A DNA stretch of 64,000 nucleotides from Octopus vulgaris (GCA_951406725.2 OX597818.1:131006001-131070000); one strand, 5' to 3'. Positions 23,573 to 37,039 are shown, counted from the first letter of the stretch. Numbers and translations: made by a program. The notes: generated by a model not told the origin, from the sequence alone.

Positions 23573-24758
23573 AAGACAGACAGGCAGGCAGACAAACCTA
23601 CTGTAAGGCTTCATTTCCACACACACCAGCTGAATTCAATTCGTCCCCAGTCGAAAGACACCTGTTGTTATGTCCTGTTATTATTATTATCATGATTATT
23701 ATTATTTCTATTGTATTTTGTATTTATATCTGTGTAACATCGTCTGTTTTTCCGTCCTTGTTTTCGTATACATTTGATGCTTTCTTCCAAGGAATCTAAT
23801 GCTCTTAGCTTAGTTTTTCTTTGGGGCTGGCCAGATTGGAGCAATCTCAAGGTTAATCAGCCAAAATTGCAAGGATGATCTAGTTCTTGACTGAGGATAG
23901 AAAGTGTCGAATGACTCGTCCAAGCTCGTCCTATGGCTTGCTTGGTTCTTGTAGCATGACTCTGATCCTCATATGAGCTATTGTAACTTCAAACTCATCA
24001 AACATGAAAAGCAGTCTATTAAGAGTCTTAGTGTGGTTTACAAGTTTGCATTCATCACAGTGAACGAGGGCTGTAAGTGCACACATATGTAGTTACCATC
24101 TCACAAACTCCACGCACAAGATATTAAGACAGTCAAAGTCATATGTAAAAAGCATTTTGCCAGTAAACCACATTGTAGGGTCAGAGTAATAATCCCATAC
24201 TTGTAATGCAAGCTGATACATATTCCATATACTAATGCAATTAATAGTATTAATTATTGGGTCATTTGGGAAAAAAATATATATATATTCACCTAAAGTG
24301 ATAAAGCCTATCAATTTTGAAGTGGTAGGGAGTGGAGAACAAGGGCTGTAATGGTTGTGCTTTTTGCTAGGGCATGAGTTGTATAAGTAAAAGCAGTATA
24401 CTGGTAACAGAAAAATTGAAGCAGGCTTCCAGACATGAATTTTTACAAGATTAGCTTATCTAACATTTGTCATTTATGTTAACACATGCACATACATTTA
24501 CCTACACATGTACATACACATGCACTTATATTATCACATATATATATATATATATATACACATACATACACACACACACACAGACACACAAACACACACA
24601 CACATACACACATATATATATATATAGACATATTCACAGAAATATGCACATTTAAAATCATGCCAGTATAGATATGTATAATACTCACATAGATCATAGA
24701 TTGTGTGTGTATGTATGTCACACATGCATGTACAAAAATGCATGCATGCATTTATATA

Positions 24759-24838
<80 letters not shown>

Positions 24839-25317
24839 TATGTATATATATACATAACACGTAATTACACTCGGTAATTGAAAGATATGCACGTTTTAAA
24901 GGGGACAGCAATAAGAAATGGTAGATTGTTCTGTCAAAGGGATAATTACAACAATTAGCAATTACTTAGGTGCTGTCAATAGAAATTAGATTTTTATAAA
25001 ATTTTATAAATGGAAGGGACATCTTCAATTTTATATGATGAATTGATGGGAAATTGAAAGTTAAAAGCATATTTAAGCAATTTGGGAAGGGCAATTGCTT
25101 ACAGTATACTTATGTATGCTTGTGTGCATGTTTGTGTGAGTGCATGTATGTATATGTGTGTGTGTGTGTGTGTGTGTATGTATATATGCATGTATACACA
25201 TTTATTTAAATGCATTTTTATGCATTTATGTATGTATATTTATATGTAAGTATGTTTTAAAAAATATATATACACATATATATATATACGTGCACTAGAA
25301 AATGTAATTTATCTATG

Positions 25318-25362
<45 letters not shown>

Positions 25363-25454
25363 GCATAAATTGATACATGCTCATATATGTGTGTATATTA
25401 TATGCATATATATTTTTTTTTTGTATGTATATATACATATATATATATATTTGT

Positions 25455-25497
<43 letters not shown>

Positions 25498-25590
25498 TAA
25501 ATTGATACATGCTCATATATGTGTGTATATTATATGCATATATATTTTTTTTTTGTATGTATATATACATATATATATATATTTGTATAC

Positions 25591-25732
<142 letters not shown>

Positions 25733-25801
25733 TTATATATGCATATATGCACAAATATAGAGAAGCAAAAATAAATAGGAAAAATACAGATAATCTGTCA
25801 A

Positions 25802-25848
<47 letters not shown>

Positions 25849-26496
25849 AGTATGCATTGTGTATGAACATGTGTGCTGGTATGTGTGTGCAATGTGAACA
25901 TGAGCTATATGTGCATGGTTCTCTTTAAAATTTTTGAGGTAATTAAGTAGTTAAAATTGAAATAGAAAAATAAATACGTCTTGTTATAAGGTAATTTATC
26001 AATTTATGGTATATAGTCATTATTGGAGAAACTGAAGATAGAACCATTCTCTTTCAAGAAACTAGTATATCTGTCTATCTGGAGAGTTAACTACGCTACC
26101 GACCTACGTATCTACCTCCCTACCTACATACATACATATATATATGTGTGTCTGTGTGTGTGTGGAGAGAGAGAGAGAGAGAGAGAAAGAAAAGGAGTGG
26201 GGTAAATACATAGATACTTTTCTGTCACGTGTATAGCACTTAAATAAAAACTGACATATCTGTGCACACATAAATACTGACATGTATATGCACATCTGTC
26301 TGTCTGGCTGCCTGTCTGCATATAATGCATTTGTGCATGTGTGTGTGTGGGGGGGGGGGGGTGAATGGGTACAAATTTACATTTATGAATGCTACCATCA
26401 TAATCACAAGCACCACAACCACCAACGTTATTTTTACGTCTGCTTTTTCCGTGCTGGTTTGTGTTGGACAAGTTTTCTAGAAACTGTATTCAGTAT

Positions 26497-26917
26497 TCAG
26501 GAGTTGCTGTGTGGTAAGTTAGCTTGCTAACCAACCACATGGTTCTGGGTTCAGTCCCACTGCGTGGCATCTTGGGCAAGTGTCTTCTGCTATAGCCCCG
26601 GGCCGACCAATGCCTTGTGAGTGGATTTGGTAGACAGAAACTGAAAGAAGCCTGTCGTATATATGTATATATATATATATATATATATGTATATGTGTGT
26701 GTGTGTTTGTGTGTCTGTGTTTGTTCCCCTAGCATTGTTTGACAACCGATGCTGGTGTGTTTATGTCCCCGTCACATAGCGGTTTGGCAAAAGAGACCGA
26801 TAGAATAAGTACTGGGCTTATAAAGAATAAGACCCGGGGTCGATTTGCTCAACTAAAGGTGGTGCTCCAGCATGGCTGCAGTCAAATGACTGAAACAAGT
26901 AAAAGAGTAAAAGAGTA
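26497..26917 (+). mobile_element. SINE family A
   Basis: Matches the consensus. Confidence 0.9.
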
Positions 26918-27161
26918 GTCCCTTTACATAACTGTATTTAACCAATCAGTCAATCATTCAATCAATCAATCAATCAATCAATCCATCCATCCATCCATTC
27001 ATCCATCCATCTTTACATATGTACAGTATCTATGTGTAATATCAAAGTTGTTCATTTTGGAAGTGTGTAGTGTAAAGCTTACTACAGGTACAGGAAGGAT
27101 TCTATCATTACCCACTTAACATATTATCTCATATATTTTTCTTGGGGAATATCTAGTAAAT

Positions 27162-28355
27162 ATACATGGTCTGATCAATAAGTATCCGGACTGTTGCTGT
27201 AGTAATGAAGCTAAAGTATACAGAGTAAAGCTGCCAGGCAAAGATTGTCCTGGAACTCTGCTGTGCTTGCGCACAAAATTTTAACATTCTAGCTCACTTC
27301 TGCTCTTTACAGCAGTGCTTGGGAGAAAGATGTGTAGCGTGTAATTGTTGCCTTGACCATGGCAGAGAAAGTCGAGCTGAAAATCATCATCATCATCATC
27401 ATCATCGTTTAATGTCCGTTTTCCGCGCTAGCACGGGTTGGACGGTTCGACCGGGGTCTGGGAAGCCAGGGGCTGCACCAGGCTCCAGTCTGATCTGGCA
27501 GTGTTTCTACAGCTGAATGCCCTTCCTAACGCGAACCACTCCGCGAGTGTAGTAAATCTGCATCAAATTTTGTCAAAGGCTTGGTGATACCTGCTCAGAG
27601 GTCTACACAATGTTTTCAAAAAGTTTTCATCATTCTCAATAATGAAATCTTGTACAACTCAAACCCAAATCTCATTTTGGTCAGCTGAAAGCAGTTTTGG
27701 TACAAACTTGGCAGACACATGTCTCATACCCAAATCTTCCTTGATAATGGACTGAACCGGGTCTTATTCTTTGTAAGCCCAGTGCTTATTCTATCAATTT
27801 CTTTTGTTGAACCACTAAGCAACAGGGACGTAAACACACCCGCATCGGTTGTCAAGCAATGCTAGGTGGACAAACACAGACACACAAACACACACAAACA
27901 TACATATATATATATATACATAATGCACAATCTCTGATAACTCATAGATGGTGATTTGACGATTTCCCCTCACAGCTGCATACACATCTGTGATGTTTTT
28001 TCTCAGTTCTGCTGGCTGCAGGTCTCCCAGAACATTCGTCAATATCAACGTTTTTTGGCCACTTTGGAAACGTGTGAACCACTCGTACACATGTGCATCG
28101 TTCATACACTCCTCTCCATGCATTTTCTGCAGCTTTGCGTAGGCCTTTGAGCAGGTATCGCCATGACAACTTTCTGCTCTCATGGTGAATGCAACGATTA
28201 CACGCTACACACCTTCCTTCAAAGCATTGCTATAAAACAGTGGAAGTGAGCTAGAACGTTAAAACTTAGTGCACATGCACAGTAGAATTCAAGCAGAGTG
28301 AAGCTATGCCAAGCAGCTTCACTCTGTGGGCTTTTGCTTCGTTACTATGGTAACA
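27162..28355. mobile_element. rearranged mariner/Tc1 relic with an inverted duplicated 5' end and two SINE insertions
   Basis: Plus strand: MAEKVE..ICIKFCQRLGDTCSE. Minus strand: GDTCSKAYAKLQKMHGEECM..VYEWFTRF, SGRP, and DLGMRHVSAKFVPKLLS (mariner HTH and WVPHEL-type linker). Confidence 0.8.
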
Positions 28356-28545
28356 GAACTCGTATATTTGAATAAAAGTATATGTTCACTGTACTCTAAG
28401 GTATGTGTCACTTTTTTCTAACCCAAAATACTTCGTTGATGATGTTATTCCTGTTTTCTGTCATTAACTATCAGTAACTACCATTTCTATAAGTATTTTC
28501 ATAATAAATCATAACTGAGCCAATATAATTTGTAAACGTTTTCTT

Positions 28546-28965
28546 CAGGAGTGGCTGTGTGGTAAGTAGCTTGTTTACCAACCACATAGTTCTGGGTTCA
28601 GTCCCACTGCATGGCACCTTGGGCAAATGTCTTCTACTATAGCCTCGGGCCGACCAAAGCCTTGTGAGTGGATTTGGTAGACGGAAACTGAAAGGAGCCC
28701 GTCGTATATATGTATATATATATATATATGTGTGTGTGTGCGTGTATGTTTGTGTGTTTGTGTTTGTCCCCCTAGCATTGCTTGATGACCGATGCTGGTG
28801 TGTTTATGTCCCCGTCACTTAGCAGTTGGGCAAAAAAAGTCCGATAGAATAAGTACTGGGATTACAAAGAATAAGTCCCGGGGTCGAGTTGCTCGATTAA
28901 AGGTGGTGCTCCAGCATGGCCGCAGTCAAATGACTGAAACAAGTAAAAGAGTAAAAGAGAGTAAA
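28546..28965 (+). mobile_element. SINE family A
   Basis: Matches the consensus. Confidence 0.9.
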
Positions 28966-29314
28966 GAAAGATTCAAAATAAATAATAAAAAAAATACACT
29001 TTTTGCATGGAAATTGAATTTAATAAATGTATGTTAAGAGATTAAATTCACTACAGGACTACTTGGTCAAGGGTTCCTTTTTAGTGTGTGAGCACTGTTG
29101 GCTGCTATCTTCTGCTAAAACTCCAGGTTTTTCTAGCAGTCTTCATTATTTTCACACCTGGTCGTGGGGAGATATTATATTGCTTGGAAACAGGTGAAAT
29201 GTTGTATTGTGGAAACTGGCTAATATCAACAGTGTATATATTTTAAGTATGTTACATAGATAGCAATTTTAATCTAATACAGCCTCACTTACTTATACAA
29301 GATACATCTTTTAT

Positions 29315-29665
29315 CTATTTCTTGTTTCAGTCATATGACTGTGGCCATGCTGGTGCAGTGCCGTGAAGAATTTCAATGAACTGAATCGACCCCAGTACAT
29401 ATTTTTCTCCCTTTTACAGCCTGGTACTCATTTTATCAGTCCCTTTTGCTGGACCACCAGGTTATGGGGATGTAAACACACCAACACCACTTATCAAGAG
29501 GTGGTGAGGAACAGACATAAACAAAAAGACATACAAACACACACACACACACAATCGACTTCTTTCAGTTTCCATCTACCAAATCCACTCACAAGGCTTT
29601 GGCTGACCTGTGGCTATAGTAGAAGACACATGCTCAAGGTGCCATGCAATGGGACAGAACCTGAA
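29315..29665 (-). mobile_element. SINE family A, older subfamily, 5'-truncated
   Basis: Diverged match. Confidence 0.75.
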
Positions 29666-29837
29666 AAAAATCTCAAAATATGTGTAATATACCTATACTC
29701 ATATTTTGAGCTCCAGTTTTTGTGTTTGCACAACTTGCCTGTTCTTTGCGCCTACATCTTGACGACCTCTATCGACAAACCTAAAAGCCAGCATGGAGAA
29801 TTACTGCCATACACACACACACAAACACACACACACA

Positions 29838-29998
29838 TAAAGAAGACAGAAAATGGAGAAATACTGATGCACAGCAATTGACTTACATCAATTATTATTC
29901 ATTAATTCAATACAAATAGACTGTATTGAATTAATAAATAATGATTGATGTAAGTCAATTGTTGTTCGTCCCTATTTCTCCATTTTCTGTCTTCTTTA
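29838..29998. repeat. fold-back inverted repeat (~77 bp arms)
   Basis: AAAGAAGACAGAAAATGGAGAAATA..CAATTGACTTACATCAAT..ATTAATTCAATACA and its mirror. Confidence 0.9.
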
Positions 29999-30169
29999 AA
30001 TTTTGGTTCTTCGTAAACTCATGTTTATCCTTGTCTTTACTTTAATTTATGACCTTAATATGCTTGCATCTGTATGCGCCCATGGTTAAACATAGGTAAT
30101 ATACCAGTAATGTAATGGATACTTCTATCCCTTAGATGGTTATTTTAACCTCTAAATCAGCTAAGAGCT

Positions 30170-30213
<44 letters not shown>

Positions 30214-30327
30214 CTACACACACAAGTAAGCACATAAATGCAAAACAAGGTGGGAAAAAATAGTACTCAAATACCAAAGGCAGAGTAATATACTTTTTTA
30301 TTAAAGCTGCAAAAGCATCACAAAACA

Positions 30328-30369
30328 AACTGCTACTCAGAGTTTCACATTCCTGTTCGTCGGGCAGTT
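30328..30369 (-). ncRNA. type-I hammerhead (U4C variant)
   Basis: AACTGC-CCGACGA-ACA-GGAA-TGT-GAAA-CTCTGAG-TA-GCAGTT: perfect 6-bp stem I, GNRA-capped stem II. Confidence 0.8.
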
Positions 30370-30390
30370 GTGACGCAGAATCTGTGTCAC

Positions 30391-30433
30391 AACTGCCTGA
30401 TGAATGGAAGTGTAAAACTCTGAGATAACAGTT
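30391..30433 (+). ncRNA. mirror hammerhead copy (decayed)
   Basis: AACTGC-CTGATGA-ATGGAAGTGT-AAAA-CTCTGAG-ATA-ACAGTT. Confidence 0.6.
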
Positions 30434-30468
30434 TTCTTGTGATGTTTTTCCAGCTTTAATAAAAAGTA

Positions 30469-30507
<39 letters not shown>

Positions 30508-30512
<5 letters not shown>

Positions 30513-30805
30513 AAGATCACGTGACCGACCAGACCATCAGATGTAGTTACACATCGCTGGTCACAATGCGTTTGCATTGTTTTAGCCTTCGAATGACGCC
30601 ACCCCGCTGGCTAAGCGAGTAGGCCGACAGAAGAAAGGGTGGGAGAAAGAGTGGTGAAAGAATACAGCAGGGATCACCACCCCCTGCCGGAGCCTTGTGG
30701 AGCTTTTAGGTGTTTTCGCTCAATAAACACTCACAACGCCCGGTCTGGGAAGCGAAACCGCGATCCTGCGACCGTGAGTCCATTGCTCTAACCACTAGGC
30801 CATTA
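30508..30805 (-). mobile_element. SINE family C'
   Basis: Same structure as 7331-7626, inserted in (TA)n. Confidence 0.85.
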
Positions 30806-30827
30806 TATATATATATATATATATATA

Positions 30828-31009
30828 AGGAAGTTAACTGTTATGGCTGGTCATAGAGTGACTATTGGTATGGCACCTATGAAGTGCTTAGCTTTATAGG
30901 CAGCTTGTCAGACTCAATTTTGGGTCTGGTGAGTTGCCTATACTGTTAAGTACTTTATAGGTTTGAAACCAATGGTCACTCTATGACTGACCACAACTTT
31001 TAACTTCCT
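30828..31009. repeat. fold-back inverted repeat with two divergent decayed hammerheads
   Basis: Plus arm 30922-30981: GGGT-CTGGTGA-..CCTATA..TATAGG..-GAAA-CCAATG-GTC-ACTC. Mirror arm: GAGT-CTGACAA..GTC-ACTC. Confidence 0.8.
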
Positions 31010-31094
31010 AAAAAATACAGTACTGGTCTAATGCTTTAAAACATGCTTTTTGTGAGGGATATATGACCTACTGACTATATATATATATATATAT

Positions 31095-31417
31095 GTTGTT
31101 GGTATCCTTTTTGTCTCGGGAGACAACGGAGTTGCGCATAAAGTAGTCTAGTCCGGCTTTTACATTTAATGTCCTGATACATTTCCTGCTGTGGCTGTGT
31201 AGTCCTATCCTGGACAAACACTCCCTCTGGCAGGTACCGCAAATGTAGCGAAGACTTTTCCTGGCTGGTTGTAATGCCATAGGCGTAAAATATGGGCGCT
31301 ACGGGTTACCTCTGATGGTGGGAGGGACCTCCGTGTCCTATTGGTTAGCTACTGCCCACCTCAAGCTGGGCAGCCCCCAGTTAATAACGTGCTGACCCGC
31401 CACACGCTGCTTGCTTC
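31095..31417 (-). mobile_element. short RTE-derived element: GC-rich leader joined to a C-terminal zinc-finger remnant and (CAA)n tail
   Basis: YICGTCQRECLSRIGLHSHSRKC is the RTE/BovB-type terminal motif. Confidence 0.7.
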
Positions 31418-31427
31418 ATATATATTG

Positions 31428-31477
<50 letters not shown>

Positions 31478-31513
31478 TCATCGTTTAGCGTCCGTTCTCC
31501 ATGCTAGCATGGG

Positions 31514-31682
31514 TACTTGTTTCAGTCACTTGACTGCAGCCATGCAGGAGAACAGCCTATAGTTGAACAAATCGACCCCAGGACTTATTTTTTGTAAACC
31601 TAGTACTTATTCTGTCAGGGTTTTGGGGGTACAAACACAAGCACACAAACACACACACATACATACATACATACATACATAT

Positions 31683-31737
<55 letters not shown>

Positions 31738-31890
31738 GGCTCCTTTCTGTCTGCCAAATCCACTCACAAATCTTTGGTCAATCCAAGGCTATAGTAGAAG
31801 ACACTTGTCCAAGGTTCTATGCAGTGGGACTGAACCCAGAACCATGTGGAATGTAAGCAAGCTACTCACCACACAGCCACTCCTGAACCT
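31514..31890 (-). mobile_element. SINE family A (internally deleted)
   Basis: Head and tail match. Confidence 0.8.
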
Positions 31891-31920
31891 ATATAAGTAT
31901 ATACATGTATAAATATTCAT

Positions 31921-31953
<33 letters not shown>

Positions 31954-32053
31954 GTTTACTTTTCAGTTAAGATCAACAAAAACAGAATTCTATTTAGTGA
32001 GAGTTAGTGTTTAATGCACAACTATAAACATACATACATACATACATATATAT

Positions 32054-32278
32054 ATTTCTTTACTACCCACAAGGGGCTAAACACAGAGTGGACAAACAAG
32101 GACAGACATAGGTATTAAGTGGATTACATCGACCCCAGTGCGTAACTGGTACTTAATTTATCGACCCCGAAAGGATGAAAGGCAAAGTCGACCTCGGCGG
32201 AATTTGAACTCAGAACTTAGCGGCAGACGAAATACCGCTAAGCATTTCTCCCGGCGCACTAACGTTTCTGCCAGCTTG
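32054..32278 (-). mobile_element. SINE family B
   Basis: Near-identical to 3873-4103. Confidence 0.9.
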
Positions 32279-33289
32279 TGTATGTATATATACATATATA
32301 TATACACACATACATACACATGGACAAACTCAAAAGTGTAGACTACACACACACACACATATCATATATAGATATAAATGAGTGTGTGTGTGTACAATAA
32401 TGAAGTAATGACAGAGAGGAATGAGAACTGAGCCTTTCCCTTTTTTTGACTCTTACCTCCCTCCATTCTTTATTGAATTCCCTTGTCTTCTATATCACTG
32501 TTCAAATCATCAATACACCAATTATTTTTGTTATTTGGTTTTTATCTTTTCTATAACACTTAGGCATCTAAGCTCTTCCGCGTGATTTATTTATTATTTT
32601 TTTTCTCAATTTGTCAATTATGAAATGGAAATTGACTTTTAGGAAGTAATAAACGATGATTCTGCAAAGTGTTTATATCTACACTGGCACCTATGAATGA
32701 TAATAATACTTGCAGAATGAATGAAACTGCACTGGAACTGCAGTCGGAAGTGTAAGAATATATCTATCTGTGCATGGGAATACGAGTGTTGGTCTGTGTG
32801 TGTATGGGATTGAATGTGTGTGCAATGAGTGTTGTAAGTGTAGGTGTTGGTTTGTGTGTGAGTGAGTGAGTGAGTGGATATGAATGTATGTGAGTCTGTG
32901 ATGAATGTTTGTCTGTGAAAGTGAGTGTGTATGAATATACATGGGAATGAATGTGTTTGTGATTGTGTGACTGTGTGTGTTGGTTTGTGGGTGGGGGTGG
33001 GGGTGGGGGTAGGTGTGTGTGAAAGCATGTTTTTGAGTCCATGTGAGTATGTGTACGGATTTATGTATGTCATTCAGTTTATTTCAAGATTTCTTGTCAA
33101 TAAAGAAAGAGACAGTTTCTAAACTAGATCTAAGGTACCTTCATTGGAATTTCAACATCAACAACAGGGTATGTATGTATGCATGTATATGTGTATGTAT
33201 TTATGTATTCTCATGCATATAGTTGCGTATCTAGACATGTTCATATTTATATTTAAATAAGAAACTTCAGGAAAGTTTTACAGACATTT

Positions 33290-33985
33290 TTATGTATGTA
33301 TGTATGTATGTATGTATGTATGTATGTATGTATGTATGTATGTATGTATGCATGTATGTATGTGTACATATATGTATGCCATTATTCAGTTTTATTTCAA
33401 GATTTCTTACCAACAGAGAAAGAACCTGTTTCGAACCTACTTCCAAGGCTCCTACATTCACATTTCAACATCACATCAACATGTACATCCGTATGTATGT
33501 ATACATCCGTATGTATGTATACATCCGTATGTATGTATACATGCAGATGTTCGTATTTATGTTCGTATTTATGTATGTCTTCTCATGTATATACTTGCAT
33601 ATCTAGACATGCTCATATATACTTAAATGATAAACTACTGTATGTATGTATGTATGTATGTATGTATGTATGTATGTATGTATGTGTGTATGTATGTATG
33701 TGTGTGTGCATGTGTGTATGTGTGTGTGTATGTATGTATGTATGTATGTATGTGTGTATGTTTGTATGTATGTATGTATGTATATATGTATGTATGTATG
33801 TATGTGTGTATGTATGTATGTATGTATGTGTGTATGCATGTATGTATGTATGTATGCATGTATGTATGTATGTATGTATGTATGTATGTATGTATGTATG
33901 TATGCATGTATGTATGTATGTATGTATGTATGTATGCACGTATGTATGCATGCATGCATGTATCTATGTATGTATGTATGTATTC
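33290..33985. repeat. (TATG)n tetranucleotide arrays
   Basis: Direct reading. Source of the MYVC ORFs. Confidence 0.95.
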
Positions 33986-34267
33986 ACTTGTCTGTTTGAC
34001 TGTTGTGCATCTGTGAATGCATGTGTAATTTGTGTGCAGAAGTGAACGTACATGAATGTGTGAGTGTATGTGTGTTGTTTATCTGCATGTGTGTGTGAGA
34101 GAGAGAATGTGCGTATATGAATGCATATGCATAAGTAGCTGATGCTAAGAAGGCCATCTAGTGAGAGAAAATAAGGCAAAACAAAGCAGACAAGTGAAAA
34201 GTGGTCCTTCATCAGCCTAGGAGAGCAGAAACTTTGATGAACAATACAGCTTGAGTGGCTCAGGAGT

Positions 34268-34430
34268 GGCGCAGGAGTGGCTGTGTGATAAGTAGCTTGC
34301 TAACCAACCTCATGGTTCCGGGTTCAGTCCCACTGCGTGGCACCTTGGGCAAGTGTCTTCTGCTATAGCCCCGGGCCGACCAATGCCTTGTGAGTGGATT
34401 TGGTAGACGGAAACTGAAAGAAGCCTGTCG

Positions 34431-34465
<35 letters not shown>

Positions 34466-34680
34466 TTGTGTGTCTGTGTTTGTTCCCCTAGCATTGCTTG
34501 ACAACCGATGCTGGTGTGTTTACGTCTCCGTCACTTAGCGGTTCGGCAACAAGAGACCGATAGAATAAGTACTGGGCTTACAAAAAGAATAAGTCCCGGG
34601 GTCGAGTTGCTCGACTAAAGGCGGTGCTCCAGCATGGCCGCAGTCAAATGACTGAAACAAGTAAAAGAGTAAAAGAGAGA
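34268..34680 (+). mobile_element. SINE family A, full length
   Basis: Matches the consensus. Confidence 0.92.
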
Positions 34681-34739
34681 GAGAGTACTAGCATGTAAAA
34701 ACGATGGATGATGATGATGATGATAATGATTGGAGACTT

Positions 34740-35370
34740 GGTGAATGGACTGGCAGAATCGATAAAGTTATGAGATAAAATGCCTTGTGGTGTTTAGTTA
34801 AATCTTTTCGTGTTCTGAGTTCAAATCCTGTATAGATTAACTCAGCCTTTCTACCTTCCAGAGTTGATAAAATGAAGTACCAGTTAAGTACTGGAGTTGA
34901 TTTATCAAACTAGACCCTTGCCCGAAATTTTGTGGGTGGTGCTGGTGCCACATAAAAAGGTGTGGCTAATGGTGCCACATGTAAGGCACACCCAGTACAT
35001 TCTGTGGAGTGGTTGGCGCATTAACCCTTTAGCATTTAATCCGGCCACATCCAGCCCAAATAATCCATCTGTTTTATGTTAAAACTGTCTGGATCCAACC
35101 TCTCACACCTACCCTATAATGTCATTTTAAAAATATATAGCCACACCATTTAAATTTTGAAGCTGCAAAATAATATGTGATTAATTCAAAAACAGTATGG
35201 ATAAATAAGCAATAAATTTCACAAAGAAATCTGAATGCTAAAGGGTTAAGGAAGGGCATCCAGTTGTGGAAACCAAGCCAAAATAGATTATGGAACCGGG
35301 TGTGGCCCCTGGCCTTGCCAGTTCCTACCAAACCATCCAACCCATGCCAGCAAGGAAAGCAGACATTAAC

Positions 35371-35412
<42 letters not shown>
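34740..35412 (+). mobile_element. family B head + family D tail, interrupted by a TTAA MITE
   Basis: B core at 34810-34900. D motif GGTTGGCG..TTAA|GGAAGGGCATCC is split at TTAA. Confidence 0.7.
35021..35249. mobile_element. piggyBac-type MITE
   Basis: TTAA-CCCTTTAGCATT ... AATGCTAAAGGG-TTAA perfect TIR, with TTAA duplicated. Confidence 0.85.
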
Positions 35413-35824
35413 CTATGTTAAACATCCTCATTATTAGAAACCTTTAGGCAAACTTTAAGTAGCCAATATAGCAAGCTACATGTCAGCCTAGTTAGCAACA
35501 ATCGTCAAACGAGGCTGATGTTGCAAACTACAAATTTTCATTATGGTAATGGATTTCCTGATTTGTACTTCTGGGTTGAAGCCCTGCCAAAACTGACTTA
35601 ATCTCTTAACACTCTACAATCAATGAAATGGTAATCTACTTCTAGTATTCTTTGAGGAATAATCAAAAGTTTCATTCTAATTTTTAATCTGTGTCACACA
35701 TACTTTATGTATCAATCACAAAACCTGATGAAAACTCATCCCCAATAAATCACTTCAAGTTGTGGTAACAATGGGTATGACAACAGTCACCATGACAACA
35801 ATTTTCATCACTGTAGATAAAGAA

Positions 35825-36232
35825 GTGTGGAAGCACGTGGCTTAGTGGTTAGGGTGTCAGCATCATGATCGTAAGATTGTGGTTTCGATTCCTGGACCGG
35901 GCGACACGTTGTGTTCTTGAGCAAAACACTTCATTTCACGTTGCTCCAGTCCACTCAGCTGACAAAAATGAGTAATGCTGTGATGGACTGGTGTCCCATC
36001 CAGTGGTTAGGGTGTCAGCATCATGATTGTAAGATTGTGGTTTCAATTCCTGGACCGGGCGACACGTGTTCTCGAGCAAAACACTTCATATCACATTGCT
36101 CCAGTCCACTCAGCTGGCAAAAATGAGTAACACTGTGATGGACTGGTGTCCCGTGCAGTTGGGGAACTCATACACCATAGAAACCGGGAAACCAGGCCCA
36201 TGAGCCTGGCTAGGCTTTAAAAGGGCGCATTT
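35825..36232 (+). mobile_element. SINE family F (CORE/V-like domain) with an internal ~155-bp tandem duplication
   Basis: AGTGGTTAGGGTGTCAGCATCATGAT...GATGGACTGGTGTCCC occurs twice (35844-36000, 36002-36152). Confidence 0.8.
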
Positions 36233-36372
36233 ATCATATTTTATTAAATAAAGAAGTATATATAAATGTGTGTGTGTTCCTACACACACACATATGTGTG
36301 TATTTATGTCGCGTGCGTATCGTTGGCGATTTTTTTCCTCCGTCTTCCCTTCCTTGGATCTTTCCTTTTCCT

Positions 36373-36407
36373 GTTTCTGACGAAGAGCTCTGCTTGAAAC
36401 GTTAAAT
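36373..36407 (+). ncRNA. minimal hammerhead motif in a Penelope-like repeat (36306-36510)
   Basis: GTTT-CTGACGA-A-GAGC-TCT-GCTT-GAAA-CG-TT-AAAT. Confidence 0.7.
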
Positions 36408-36521
36408 CCTCCTTCTTTCTTTCCTTTCCCGAGCGTCCAATAACACTATACTTGTTCCACGTCCTCGCGTTGTTGTGTTTTCTCTTTGTGTTTTCATGTT
36501 TTGATTAACTATATATATATA

Positions 36522-36580
<59 letters not shown>

Positions 36581-37039
36581 AGAGGAGGGATATGAATATC
36601 CAGGCAGATAACAAAGCCTGTTTCTTCTGATGGTCTGTTTTAAAGTATATTTCTTAAAAACTACCATCTGATGTTAAGGTTAACTTCCTGGTTACTTAGA
36701 GAGTAAAATCACAATACTGATAATAAGGAAAATGAAGAATTTGAACATTTAGGCTTTCTGCTTGGTTTATTCATAGTAATTGTCTGACACACATTTCAAT
36801 TATATCAACTGCAAATTGCTGCATATTTATAAGCAGGGATTTTTGCATAATTTGTATGCTCTCTTCAGAGTGAATAAATATGTCCTTGTTCAAGGAGTAA
36901 TTTTTTCACCTGTAGCTCTGAGGGGCCTGCACTCTACATGTTAACTTTCTTTGATATCAATGCTAAGAGGCCCGGTGAACAGTTATGCCCAATGGACCTT
37001 AATACTCTCAGTGCGCCCCTGCACACACACACACATATA

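Larger units (their letters stand above)
30290..30469. repeat. fold-back inverted repeat carrying two divergent hammerheads
   Basis: ~88 bp arms around the apex at about 30380. Confidence 0.9.

Noticed and set aside
23884-23925. CTGAGGA..GAAT..GTC hammerhead-like string
   Set aside because: GAAT instead of GAAA and weak stems II and III. Insufficient support.
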